NCBI GenBank assembly: GCA_038087875.1
Contig: JAXLNO010002656.1
Coordinates: forward strand, 62,001-121,100
DNA length: 59,100 nucleotides
Direction: 5' to 3'
Origin: Malacoraja senta
Lineage: Eukaryota
Positions within the stretch are counted from its first letter, which is position 1. Every line of letters begins with the position of its first letter. The position numbers and the translations under genes are program-made. Positions 1-12,360 of this stretch are shown piece after piece. The notes beneath the pieces are model-generated. The model saw only the letters and a list, made by a program, of their open reading frames with translations. It searched no databases and had not been told where the DNA came from.

Positions 1-83
1 GAGGGATCCCAGGATCCGGATGGTAAGTCCACGCCACGCCCGCGGTTAGAAGCTCCGCAGACCACAGCTCCACGGTGTCAACG
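1..83 (-). mobile_element. Fragment of the GC-rich non-autonomous retroposon family ('family X') also present at 2660-3345, 13685-14185 and 24956-25213
   Basis: Shares GATGGTAAGTCCAC (19-32) and GGGATCC/GGAGCTCC-type blocks with the other copies; cut by the window edge. Confidence 0.55.
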
Positions 84-519
84 TATTGAATCAATAGTAT
101 TGAATCATACATTGCCAGAACAATACATTTTTATGCTGTGATTTGACATTTTTCACAAAAAAAGGCCAGGAAAGCTCTTTATATAAAGTAAATTTATATA
201 ATAAATCTTTTACTTTTTACTAATAATTATGTCTTTTGATGATATGAACTGCATTGAAACTTAAAAGGATGTTTCAATGTGAATTCTTTCTCCTTATCTG
301 TATTGTAGCATAAACAAAGATGTTCAAAACAAAGGTAGATTAAATGCTGGAGAAACTCAATGGGTGAGGCAGCATCTATAGAGTGAAGGAAAACAAATGT
401 GCTTGCTGATCCTTTTATGTTATTTATATTTATTTATATTTATCATGGAGGGTGTATAGGGACATAAGGCCTCAAATGCAGAAAATCAACAGAGCGCCCC
501 ATCCCACCCCTCTCTCATC

Positions 520-2570
520 TTCCATACCCCTTTTTGCCGTGCAGGCTACAGCTCATGGCATAAAACTGTAGCATAGTGGATAAAAACAGGATGACTAATG
601 GAGAAGGGAAGGGGGCCCAAAAGATACTTTGTACCCACTGATAAAATTCCTCTGAGGCCCTGCGTATACACGCACAAACAGTGTGTGTTGTGAACCATGT
701 CTTCCAAGACGCGCACGTATAGTGAAACATTTCTCAAGTTCGGCTTCACAAGCATTGTTCAAAATCCGTGGTCAAGCCGCGATGTGTTCTCTGTGCCAAG
801 GTTTTGAGTCACGAGAGCATGAAGCCCAGCAAACTGAAGATCCATTTGGTGTCTTGTCACAGTAACCTGGCGGGGAAGAGCGTGGACGATTTCAAACGAA
901 AAGAAGCCGTACTCAAGGGATCCCGCATCTATTCAACGGGTCACTCGCTCATCAAAATGAAGCAGCTTTGGAGGCTTCATACCGGATTGCTTATCGAATC
1001 GCACAGACTAAGAAACCTCACAGCATCGGTGAAGCGCTTATCAAGCTATGCCTTCTCGAAGCAGCGAAGTTGGTGCTGGGGGAACAGCAGTCAAACAAGT
1101 TCAGACAGATTTCCCTTTTGAATGACACAGTCAAAAGTTGAATCTCAGATATGAGTAATGATATTCTGCTGCAAGTAGTGAGGGCTGTGACGAGCAGTCC
1201 AGTGTATTCACTGCAACTGGGTGAGTCAACAGATGTTGCCTCATGTTCCCAACTGCTAGTCTACGTTCGTTACCTCAATGGAGAAGTACCTGTTCTCGGA
1301 GCGATTGGCTACCACCACTCGGGGAGAAGATGTGTTCAGAATGCTGGAAGCCTTCCTCATCAAACATGAGCTTGGCTGGGAATGCCTTGTTGGGATGTGT
1401 ACAGTTGGGGCACCTTCCATGGTCAGTTGCAGATCCGGTTTCCAAGCCTTCGTGAAGGATGTCGCTCCCCATGTCTCCTTCACCCACTGCAAGATACATC
1501 ACCATGCTTTAGCGATGAAGACTCTCCCTCTTGGTCTTCGAGAAGTGCTTTCAGATGTGGTGAAGATTGTGAACCACATCCGAGAGCGCAACAAACTCAA
1601 GAATCTTCAAGCGATGTGTGAAGAAATGGGCGCCGATTTCACTATTCTGTTATTCCACACAGAAGTGCGCTGGCTTTTGCGTGGTAAAGTTCTCAATCAT
1701 GTGATTTGACTTCAAGAGGAAATAGCGTTGTTCTTGGAGAGATGGGGTACTGAGAAGGAGAATCAGCTTCATGAAAAGATGCAGGATGAACTGTTCGTGA
1801 TGAAGGTTGCTTACTTGGCTGACTTCTTCGCTGAGGTGAATTCCTTGAACATGTCACTTCAAGGAATCCTCCCAATGGCAAAGTGGCAGCATTCAGGAGG
1901 AACCTTTACCAGAGAAGATTCCAGGACGGTGACACGGATATCTTCCCTGAGATGATGACTCTCCTGGATGCTACGCCTGATGCTGAATGCCACATCCACG
2001 AGGAGATCTCAACCCACCTTCTGGCAATTAGTGAAGCCATCGAACGTTACTTCCCCGGACTGGACGACCGCTCTCGTGATCAGTGGATCATCCGACCCTT
2101 TTCCGTTGAAGAAGGTGCCATCAGTGATACTGACGTGACTGCGAAGGTTGAATTTTACCGAATTCGTGAAGATGCGCAACTCAAGAGTGACTTCATGGAA
2201 CAAGAGCTCGCCGCGTTTTGGCTGAAAGTGAAGGACTGTCCTGCTCTTTCGAAGAGGGCCCTGACCCTATTGGTCCAGTCCCCCTCAACCTCTCACTGTG
2301 AGGGTGGATTCTCAACTATGGTAACTCTGAAAACGAAGGTACGAAATAGGTTTGTGATCGACACTGACATGAGATGCTGCCTGTCGAGCATTCGTGTTCA
2401 TTTTGATTGCCTGATGACTGCGAAGTTATTTCAGCCATCCCATTGACTGAGCAATGGCAGACATGTTTTAATAAATCGGGCTGTTTTTTTTCAAATTTTG
2501 TTTCAGAGGTCACGGTACTGATCAAGAATGCCCGATGGGGTCGTGGGGCCAAAAAGATTAAGAACCACTG
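520..2570 (+). mobile_element. Degenerate hAT DNA transposon (Buster/Charlie, ZBED5/SCAND3-like transposase), frameshifted
   Basis: Consecutive ORF pieces 768-1121, 1151-1369, 1278-1709, 1728-1955 and 1883-2446 encode FLKFGFTS..KPRCVLCAKVLSHESMKPSKL, SLQLGESTDV, HTEVRWLLRGKVL and STSHCEGGFSTM..K.K.RNR. A Charlie-type 3' TIR (AAAAGATTAAGAACCACTG) ends at 2570 and is followed by CTCTAAAG, which fits the NTCTAGAN target. The 5' TIR was not found. Confidence 0.88.
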
Positions 2571-2659
2571 CTCTAAAGCTTAAAACTAAAGGGGCTAATA
2601 AAGGCCACAAAGTGGCTTTAGTGAGTCAGATTACAGAAAATCCCACATCTTTTTCAAGG

Positions 2660-3345
2660 TTTCATGGTTAGTTTATTGTCACATATACCAATTAAGGTAC
2701 ATTGAAATGCAGACTACCATACACCGTACAAAAAAAAAGCAACAAGACACACAATAACGTAAAAGTTAACATAAACATCCACAACAGAGGAGCCCGCACG
2801 TTCCTCACTGTGATAGAAGGCAATAAAGTCTAATCTCCTTCCTCTTTATCTCCCGCGGTCTGGGCAGTCAAACAATCTGCAGTCGGCGGTCGAAACCCCC
2901 GTTGGGGAATCGAAACTCCCACATCGGAGCGGTCGAAACTCCTGCGGCTTGGAGGTCCCGGATGTCGGTCTCGACTGAGGACCGCAGGCTCCGCAATGTT
3001 AAAGTCTTGCAGGCTCTCACAGTTGGAGCCCTAAAGTCGATCCCTGACAAGGATTGCGAGCTCCATGATGGTAAGTCCACAGGCTCCTGCGATGGATCTC
3101 CCGGTCGATCTCTAGCAAAGGCCGCCATTCCTCAATGTTAGGCCACATTGTGGACGGAGATACGATACAGAAAATATCGCATCTACGTCGAGGTAAGAGA
3201 TTAGGAAAAGTTTCCCACAACTCCCCCACCCCCGCCCCGCCCAAAAAACAAGCTTAAGAACACTAAAGAATATACATTTAACACGTACAAAACGGACACA
3301 AAGAAGGAAGGGACAGACATACTGTTGGCGAGGCAACCATTGCAG
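2660..3345 (-). mobile_element. GC-rich non-autonomous retroposon (family X), longest copy in the window
   Basis: On the minus strand it ends in GTGACAATAAA plus a short simple repeat, like local LINE tails. The block AAACATCCA..TTCCTCACTGTGAT.GAAGGC is shared with 13685-14185 and 24956-25213. No convincing coding capacity. Confidence 0.65.
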
Positions 3346-3358
3346 CAAAAGGTGGATT

Positions 3359-6351
3359 CATAAAATTAGAACAGAGACAGGAGAATTATTAAAAATGCCC
3401 AAGGACATAAATGATAGATTTCTCCAATACTATCATAACCTTTATTCAACTAAAACCGTAGGACAATCAGAAGGAATAGCAGATTTTTTACTAAAATGTA
3501 ATTTAAAAGGTTTAGATTCAAACGATAGAGAATTATTAGAAAGGGAGATTACGATAAAAGATATTGAGGAGTCTATTGGCTCTTTAAAAAATGGTAAAGC
3601 AGTAGGACCAGATGGTTTTGGCTCCGAATTTTATAAAAAAATTTATGATTTGCTTTGCCCACGTTTACAAAGACTATGAGTATATCTATACTCAACAGAA
3701 ACTTCCAGACACTTTAAATGAATCTATAATAACACTTATTCCTAAAGCTGATAAAGATCCGGAAGACCCGGGATCATATAGAGCAATTACACTTTTAAAT
3801 ACAGATCAGAAAATATTAACTAAAATACTAGCGCATAGATTAAGTACAGTGATGAATAAATTAATACACCCTGACCAAACAGGCTTTATTCAGAAACGGT
3901 ACTCATATTATAATCTAAGAAGATTATTTAATATTATATATTCCAAGAGAATTATTAATGAAGATCTAGCAATAATCTCACTTGACGCTGAAAAAGCATT
4001 TGATCAGGTCGAATGGTCTTATTTATTTTCGGTGATGGAAAATATGCAGCTAGGGGAGAAATTCTGTACATGGATAAAACTGTTATATACAAATCCCACG
4101 GCTAGAATATTTACAAACCAAAGGTTGTCATCTAAATTTAGTCTATCTAGAGGTTGTAGACAAGGATGCCCGTTATCTCCATTATTATTTGCGCTTGCTA
4201 TTGAGCCACTTGCAGAAAGAGTCAGGGGGCATCCGGAAATACACGGGTATAACACAAAGGACACAGTGAATAAAATTTCTCTATACGCAGATGATGTATT
4301 AATTTACATTACAAAACCAGAAATTAGTATTCCAAACTTATTAAAGCTAATAACCCAATTTGGTTCACTTTCAGGATACAGAATAAATTGGAATAAAAGT
4401 GAAATTATGCCAATAAGGGAACATAACAAACAGATAATACAACAATTTCCATTTAAAATAGTAAAGGAAAAATTTAAATATCTAGGTATTTATGTAACTA
4501 AGATATATACATCATTATTTAAAGCAAATTTTCCACCATTACTGAATAAACTACATAAGAATATTCAATACTGGAAAACACTTCCTATCTCAATGGTTGG
4601 CAAAATTAATGCCATAAAAATGATTTTTTTACCGCAAATATTATACCCTTTTCAGACAATTCCGATATATCTGGCAAAAAACTTTTTTTAAAAACTGGAC
4701 TCTATTGTTAATGATTTTATCTGGGATTATAAGAATCATAGGATAAACAAAAGACATTTGTGTAAATCAAAAATAAATGGAGGCTTGGTTTTACCCAACT
4801 TTTTGTTTTATTTCTGGGCAGTTAATATTAAAAATATGAATTTCTGGTTGGAAGAAATAGATCATCAACCAGACTGGTTAAAAATGGAAAAGGAAGATTG
4901 TTTACCTTTTGATATCGGTTCGATATTATTTGCTACGTCTAAATTAAACAAAAAAATTTATAGGGAAAACCCTATAATATTTAGTGCTATACGAATTTGG
5001 AAACAATTAAAAAATACACTAAAATTAGATAATTTATCACTTTTTCTTCCAATTGTGAATAACCCTTTGTTTAAGCCTTCATGGTTGGACGGGGGTTTTA
5101 CACAATGGAAGAATTATGGAATTAAAAATATGGGACAACTTTACAAGGAAGGCACTTTTCTGACATTTCGGGAGTTGCAACAGACTTATGGACTTCGAGG
5201 AAATGATTATTTCAGATATCTTCAACTTGGAGATTATGTAAAATCGAATACTCAAAATTTTTGAATTAGAAATTCAGAAATTCTTGATGAATGTTGGAAC
5301 AAACATCCTAATACAGAAAAATTAATATCTTATATATATAATATCTTATTAGACAGTGACATTCCATCGACGGACTTACACAGACAAACATGGGAAAAAG
5401 AATTAAATCAAATAATAACGAAAGATACTTGGGAAGAAAGTTTGCAACACATACATCAATGTTCATTAAACGCCAGACATTCTCTAATACAATTTAAAGT
5501 AATACATAGGTTACATTATTCAAAAACAAAACTACATAAAATCTTTCAACATATCTCACCTATATGTGATAAATGTCAACATTTAGAAGCTACCTTATCT
5601 CATATGTTTGCAAACTGTATAAAAATTAAAAAATTCTGGGTAAATATTTTCGGTATAATATCTAAAGTAACCAGCACACAATTGGACCCAGATCCAAAAT
5701 TAATAATACTCGGAATATTAGAATTAAATCAAACATTTAGAACAACACAAAGAAACTTTATTGATTATAGTTTAATAACAGGAAAAAAATTAATTCTAGA
5801 AATTTTGGAAAGGCCGTACGACCCCCACAATCAAAATGTGGATTACAGAAATGACGGAGACCTTAAACGTGGAAAGAATCAGATTCTCCCTGTTGGACAA
5901 ACAGGAATTATTCGTTGGAACATGGTCTCCTTTTATTGATTACTTAAAGGGTCAGAACAGTTCAGCACAGGATCCTGACTAGCACTCGGGCTAAAGAATG
6001 GATGAAATGCTATACTTAGAAATGTACGAATATATCTCGAATGAAGTTTTTTATTTTAATAAATTTTTCCATTCTTCTTTAACTATCTTTTTCCTTTTTT
6101 TTTTTTTTTTTTTTTTTTTTTGTTTTGTTTTTTGTTTTTCTTCTCTTTCTTTTCTTTCTTTACTTCATCTATCTCTTTAGTTCTGTTTAGTTTAAAATAA
6201 AATAAAAAAGGGAAAAGGTATTGGAGACAATGTAATAATAATTGACAATATTATCAATTTAAAAATGTAAGACTGTAATGATGTAAATAGGTTGTGTACT
6301 TATCTCCAATAAAAAATATTAAAAAAAAATAAATTAAAAAAAAAAAAAAAA
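3359..6351 (+). mobile_element. 5'-truncated L1/Tx1-clade LINE (ORF2 RT and C-terminal region), same family as 29230-35554
   Basis: RT motifs SLDAEKAFDQVEW, RQGCPLSPLLF and SLYADD. Poly-A tail ends at 6351. TSD GTGGATT at 3352-3358 and 6352-6358. Frameshifts near 3675, 4685 and 5790 and a stop at about 5262. Confidence 0.95.
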
Positions 6352-6449
6352 GTGGATTGCTTAAGGATATAGAAGGGAATATGTGCTTGGAGTTTGTGGA
6401 TATAGGCGAGGTTTGGTTTCACCAAGGAAGACATGTAGAATAGTAAGTA

Positions 6450-7020
6450 CATCATAAATTCCTCCAACATTTCTGCCACCTCCAACGGGATCCCACTACT
6501 GGTCACATCTTCCCATCTCCACCCCTTTCTGCTTTCCGCAGAGACCTTTCCCTCCGAAACTCCCTGGTCAACTCGTCCCTTCACACCCAAACCACCCGCT
6601 TCCCGGATACTCCCCGGATCTCAACCCACCTTCTGGCAATTAGTGAAGCCATCGAACGTTATTAAGGTACATTGAAACGCCTAACATTGTCAGAGTGAGG
6701 CCCAGCCCAAATTGGAGGAACATCACATCATATTTCGCTTGGATAGTCTATACTCCAGCGGTATGAGCTTTGACTTCTAATACTTTCGATAGCCCTTGAT
6801 TTCTCTCTCCATCCCCTCCCCCTTCCCAATTCTGCCACCAGTCTTACTGTCTCCGCCGACATTCTATCTTTGTCCCTCCCCTGACATCAGTCTGAAGAAG
6901 GGTCTCGACCCAAAACAATGCCCATTCCATCTCTCCAGGGAAGCTGCCTGACCCGCTGAGTTACGCCAGCATTTTGTGTCTCTCTTCGATTTTAACATCT
7001 GCAGCATCTGCAGTTCTTTC
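6450..7020 (+). mobile_element. Penelope-like element fragment (GIY-YIG region and end repeat) with an internal deletion
   Basis: Translates HFCHLQRDPTTGHIFPSPPLSAFRRDLSLRNSLVNSSL, resumes at CATTGTCAGAGTGAGGCCCAGCCCAAATTGGAGGAAC, then shows the CTGAAGAAGGGTCTCGACCC end repeat. Confidence 0.7.
6892..6920 (+). ncRNA. Decayed Penelope-type minimal hammerhead ribozyme motif (other decayed copies at about 15700, 18993-19020 and 19668-19697 minus)
   Basis: CTGAAGA-A-GGGTC-TC-GACCC-(G>A)AAA: core box 1 and stem II are intact, but G12 and the GTC cleavage triplet are mutated in this copy. Confidence 0.5.
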
Positions 7021-7149
7021 TTACACATAAAGAATCAATGTGGAGAATGCTAACATGCAGGGACACTTTGAAGTTAAGCAAGAAGGAGATGTTGGATCAC
7101 TTGAAGAGAAATGTGGGTAAATCCCCAGGACAGAGGGGTGTAGTGGATG

Positions 7150-7610
7150 ATAATAATAAGCGTTGAAAACATTAGTGCCGTGCTGGTTTCCGACGGGCAC
7201 GGTGACGGACGCACCACACATCTCTGTCCTCAATGCAGCTGGCAGGCACCTCGTTTATCTCTACACATGCGTCTCCCATCAACGTCTTCACCATCGTCTT
7301 GATTGTCCATCCTGGGTCAAGTCTTCCATGGGTGGGTTCCCACAGCACAACCTTGTTTGCTGGCATTTCTGGGTGGCGGAGCCAGAGACCTGCGAGCCTC
7401 ATCCTTCTCAACGTGATCTTCTCGGTCAGAGGTGGATTCTCCCCATAGAGCTGGGCGTTGGTGATGTGGTCCCTCCATCTAACATTTTGAACTTTTCCGA
7501 GCATTCGGGTGTAGGTACCATCGAGAGTCTAGGACAGTGCTGGAGTGAGAGTCCATGCCTCACACCCATACAATAATATGGTCTCTACAGTTGTACGGAA
7601 AGACAAATAT
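7150..7610 (-). mobile_element. RTE-clade LINE 3' fragment
   Basis: ORF 7172-7504 (-) encodes VRWRDHITNAQLY..RRMRLAGLWLRHPEMPANKVVLWEPTHG..DRDVW, typical of an RTE RT C-terminus. Short (TAT)n tail. Confidence 0.8.
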
Positions 7611-7762
7611 TCACGCTGTAGTTCAGTGACAAGTAGAGTTCTGCAGGGATCCGTGCTGTGACCCTTGCTACTTGTGACATATATAAATGACTTGGACCCT
7701 GGTGTTCAGAAATTACCCAGTCATAACAATTAATCAAATAATGATTTTTATTTTTATTTCAG

Positions 7763-8038
7763 ATTATCACGACGTTCAAGGACAGTTTGGTTGTGAGGTG
7801 AACGATCACAGTCCCACTGTAGGGATATTGAAGTTGGCTTTTGATGGAAGTTATGCATTTAGTTTTGATAAGGACAAATTAAAGTGGACGGTGCATGATC
7901 CAATAGCTGAGACCTTCAAAGAGAAATGGGACAAGAATGAAAAAATGAACCGTTATTTCAAGAGCTTGTTAGAACATGACTGTGTGGATCTATGGCTTAC
8001 ATACTATGCAATTGGAAAGACATACCTGACCAGAAAAG
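7763..8038 (+). CDS. Nonclassical MHC class I-like gene, alpha2 domain exon
   Basis: 276-nt phase-1/phase-1 exon, the canonical class I alpha2 size. Acceptor TTTTTATTTCAG| and donor AAAG|GTGAGT. Encodes DYHDVQGQFGCEV..LAFDG..KWT..AETFKEKWD..LLEHDCVD..YY..LTRK, with both cysteines (C101, C164), W133 and W147. Confidence 0.93.
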
Positions 8039-8749
8039 GTGAGTTCAGAACAAAGGATGTTGTTTTGTAATGGTAGGCAATGAGTAACATTATCTCTGAC
8101 CCAATCATGACAGAGGGAAAGGTCATTCGGCCCATTGATTCTATGCTAGTTTTCTACGCAATGTCGACAAACTGTTCCACAGCTCTCTCTCACAACTTGC
8201 ACTCAGCTCCCTTGGATACTCCTTGCATTCAGCTCCACGACGGATAATTTGCAATGTCCAACTAACTCACTGGCACGTCTTTGGTATATTGGACAAAACT
8301 GGAGCACATGGAGGAAGCCAACTGAGTCATCAGGTCATAAGTGATGGCTGCAGCATTAGAACATTCGGCCCATCAAGTCGACTTCACCAGTCAATCATGG
8401 CTGATCTATCTCTCCCTCCTAACCCCATTCTCCTGCCTTCTCCCCATAACCCCTGACCTGCATACTAATCAAGAATTAAAAATATCCATTGACGTACTCC
8501 ACAGCCTTCTGTGGCAAACAATTCCACAGAATCACCATCCTCTGACAAAATAAATTCCTCCTCATCTCTTTCCTAAAGGAATGTCCTTTAATATTGAGAC
8601 TATGATCTCTCGTCGTAGACTCTCCCACCATTGGAGACATCCTCTCCACATCCACATCTATCCAAGCCTTTCACTATTTGTTTAAAAAAATATATATATT
8701 TTTATTAGAAGCATGTGCATATCATAATACAAACATTTCTTATATATCT

Positions 8750-10810
8750 TCCTCGACGCATCCGGCAACAACATCGACGTGTACACTGACGTGGTGACGT
8801 CATACGTCCGCTACTGTGAAGAACTGTGCGTCCCCTACAAAACTGTCACAATACCCAGTAATGGAAAACCCTGGTTCAACAAGGACATACAACTTCTTCG
8901 CAAAAAGAAAAATGCAGCCTACACCAATGGAAACATTGATCAATACAAAATAGCAAAATATGAACTCAGGTCTGCAATACGGAAGGCAAAATTAGCTTAT
9001 TCAAAGAAATTGTAACAACAATTTAAAACTCATAATTCAAGAGAGGTCTGGAAAAATCTACAGAAGATGACGGACTACAAAAAAGTCCTGTTCCCATCTC
9101 AGATGAGGATCCGGACTTACCGGAAAAATTGAACACTTTTTATGCAGGCTTTGATAATGTCACCCCGCCATCCATGCCTCCCCCCCCACCTAACTCAGCA
9201 CCATTTACCATCTCTGAGGAGGTGGTGAGGGCGGCCTTCAAAAATCTTAATAAAAGAAAAGCGGCAGGGCCAGACGACCTCAGCCCCGCTGCTCTTAACC
9301 ACTGTGCAGCTCAGCTGGCTCCTGTGTTCACCTCCATCTTTAACACTTCCCTCAGCCAATGTAGAGTCCCGCAGTGTTTTAAGGCATCCATTATCATCCC
9401 TGTGCCCAAGTCCTCCAAGGTGAGCTGTCTGAACGATTTTAGACCTGTTGCACTAACATCAGTTGCCATGAAGGCCTTTGAGCACATAGTCCTCACCCAT
9501 CTGAAAACATACACTGTCCCCATCATGGACCCTTTTCAATTTGCATACAGCGCCAACCGGTCTGTGGAGGATGCTATCAACCTAGCTCTTCACTACTCCC
9601 TACATCATTTGGAATCACCGAACACTTATGCACGCATCCTGTTTATAGATTTTAGCTCGGCCTTTAATACTATACACCCAATTAAACTCTACAATAAACT
9701 GTTGGACATGGGCATTCACCTAGCCATGTGCCATTGGATTTTACATTTTCTTACAAACAGACAACAAAGAGTCAAGGTGGGTGAAAAACTCTCCAGCCCT
9801 CTGACTATCAATACAGGAGCCCCTCAAGGGTGCGTTCTGTCACCTCAGCTCTTCTCACTTTACACCAACAACCTCACATCTCAATACAGCTCAGTTAAAA
9901 TTTTCAAATATGCAGATGACACGACAATAATTGGCCTCATCTCAGACAACAATGAATCACAATACCATCAAACAGTGGACAGCGCAGTCAAATGGTGCGC
10001 AGAAAACAACCTCCAGCTTAACACCTCAAAAACCTTAGAAACCATCATAGATTTCAGACGCAAACAAAACCTCAAACCCGCGGTCCATGTCAACTCCCAT
10101 CCCATAACCTCCACGAACTTATTTAAGTTTCTGGGCACCTATATCTGCAATAATCTAAAATGGCACATCAATGCTGACCACATCATTAAGAAAGGACAAC
10201 AACGCCTATACTTCCTCAGACAGCTCAAGAAGTTCAGAGTCCACAAACACCTCCTGGTACGCTTCTATCAATCCATCATTGAAAGCATCATCACCTCCTC
10301 AATCACAGTCTGGTACGGAAACACTGACAGTCACTCACTACACAGAATACAGCGCATTGTCTCCAAGGCCTCTAGGATCATCAACTCTCCCCTCCCCTCA
10401 ATCCATTCCATTTACCTCCAACGTACCTCAAAACGGGCAACAAAGATCACCTCGGACCCCTCCCATCCAGCAAACCACCTTTTCCAGTCTCTCCCTTCAG
10501 GGTCACTTGCCTTAGGTCACTTGCTACAAAATCCACCCATTTTAAAAACAGTTTTCTTCCCCTCAGCAATAAGAACACTTAATTCCCTCCAATAACTTTT
10601 TGACTTTGATGTATACAGTGTCTTGTCTATGGTTTTTGTCTGTTCTTTTGCACTATGTATTGTTGGTGAGATTTGTGATTTGTGATGTGCTTTATTATTA
10701 TTGTTGATAGTGTTAATGTGCTAAAGCAGTACCATCATGTACCGAACCCAATTACCACCAACCCTGGTCGTGTGGCAAATAAAGTTTCTATTCTATTCTA
10801 TTCTACTTTG
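8750..10810 (+). mobile_element. Rex1/Babar-type LINE, 5'-truncated; RT ORF 9129-10595
   Basis: Motifs FRPVALTS, ARILFIDFSSAFNTI, GAPQGCVLSP and KYADD. Tail GTGGCAAATAAAGTT(TCTAT)n. Upstream piece is broken by a stop at 9013-9015. Confidence 0.92.
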
Positions 10811-10814
10811 CTAA

Positions 10815-12060
10815 TAGGTGGGAATCCAGCTATCAAAATAATAGTGGTCCTCCTTGATCAATTGTATATTAAATCTGCTTCTATTTAGTTTTGTTTTATA
10901 GATAGAAAGTGAGAAATTTAAAAAAAGGCATAATAAAGAAGAATGGAATAATTTACCAATAATACAACTTTGGAGATAAGTCCGTAAGTTATAAAACATA
11001 ACTATTCATCTAATCCTGAGCTTGGATTTCAGTCAGATTCCTGTGCTGAACCAATTTACCCTTTCAAAAAATCAATAAATAGAGACCTTATTCTATTAAA
11101 TAATTCAAGTTTGTCAATTAAGACAAGTCTAGTTCTTTCCAAATGTAAGGTCTCTGACATTTCCATAATCCACATTTTGATTGTGGGGGTTATAGGACCT
11201 TTCCAAATTTTAATATTAATTTTTTCCCAATTATTATACTATAATCAAGAAAGTTTCTTTGGTTTATTGTAAGTCTTAGGCTTTGTTCTGACATTCCTAA
11301 TATTATTAGTTTTGAGTCGGGATCCAATTGGGTATTGACTACTTCAGAAATTATTCTGAAAATGTCCTTCCAGAAATTTTTGATTTTTATACAATTTACA
11401 AAGGTATGAGTTAAATTAGCCTCTAAATGCTGGCATTTATCACAAATAGGAGAGATATGTGGGAAGATTCTATTTAATTTTGTTTAAGAATAATGTAATC
11501 TATGTGATACTTTAAATTCTATTAAGGCATGTCTGGCATTTAACGAGCATTGATGTATATATTGTAGACTTTCGTCCCAAATATCTTTCGTTATGGGTTG
11601 GCCTAATTCATTTTCCCATGTGTGTCTATATAAATCCGTCGGCGGGACCTCACTATCTAAGAGGGTATTATAAATATGAGATATTAATTTTTCTGTATTA
11701 GGATGTTTATTCAAACATTCATCAAGGATTTCTGGTTCCCTAGTTCTGTAATCTTGTGTATTTGATTTAATGTAATCTCTAATTTGTAAATATCTGAAAA
11801 AGTTATTTGAGTGTGGTCCGTAAATCTGTTGTAACCCCTGAAATTAAAGAAAAGTGCCTTTCCTATAAAGATGTCCCATCTTTTTAATTCCTTAATTTTT
11901 CCATTGTGTAAAGCCTTTATCCAACATGGAGGGTTTGAATAAAGGGTTGTTTATAATGGGGAGACAGTGATAAATTATCCAATTTTAAAGTCTTTTTTAA
12001 TTGTTTCCAAATTCGTATACCACTATATATTATAGAATTTTCACTATAGGTTTTTTAATG
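10815..12060 (-). mobile_element. Degraded L1-clade fragment (ORF2 C-terminal region); its 3' end is probably at about 8690-8750, on the other side of the Rex insertion
   Basis: ORF 11484-11714 (-) encodes HQCSLNARHALIEFKVSHRLHYS, homologous to the L1 copies at 3359-6351 and 29230-35554. Confidence 0.8.
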
Positions 12061-12094
12061 CAATTTTGTGGGAGCAAACATAATCGAACCAATT

Positions 12095-12360
12095 TCAAAA
12101 GGCAAACAGTCTTTCACTATTTTGTATGACTCAATGAGGTCCCCCCTTATTCTTCTAAACTCCAGCGAGTACAGGCCCACTGCCATCAAATGGTCATCAT
12201 ATGTTAACCCATTCATTCCTGGGATCATTCTTGTACACCTCCTCTGGACACTCTCCAGAGCCAGCACATCCTTCCTCAGATATGGTGCCCAAAATTGCTC
12301 ACAATGCTCCAAATGTGGCCTGACCGGCGCCTTATTGAGCCTCAGCATTACATCCCTGTT
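12095..12360 (-). mobile_element. CR1 (HER1-like) RT 3' fragment. Similar fragments at about 12530-12690, 22730-23300, 49500-49660, 53030-53700, 55856-56050 and 57405-57505
   Basis: Minus strand encodes VRPHLEHCEQFWAPYLRKDVLALESVQRRCTRMIPG..LYSLEFRRIRGDLIE, the CR1 RT C-terminus. Confidence 0.85.

Noticed and set aside
520-2570. Domesticated transposase gene (ZBED5/SCAND3/FAM200-like)
   Set aside because: Multiple frameshifts and stops plus a retained TIR and target site indicate a dead transposon.
6352-6447. Candidate alpha1 exon (ends near a GTAAGT)
   Set aside because: Too short, no class I alpha1 similarity, in-frame stop, and no acceptor (abuts the L1 poly-A).
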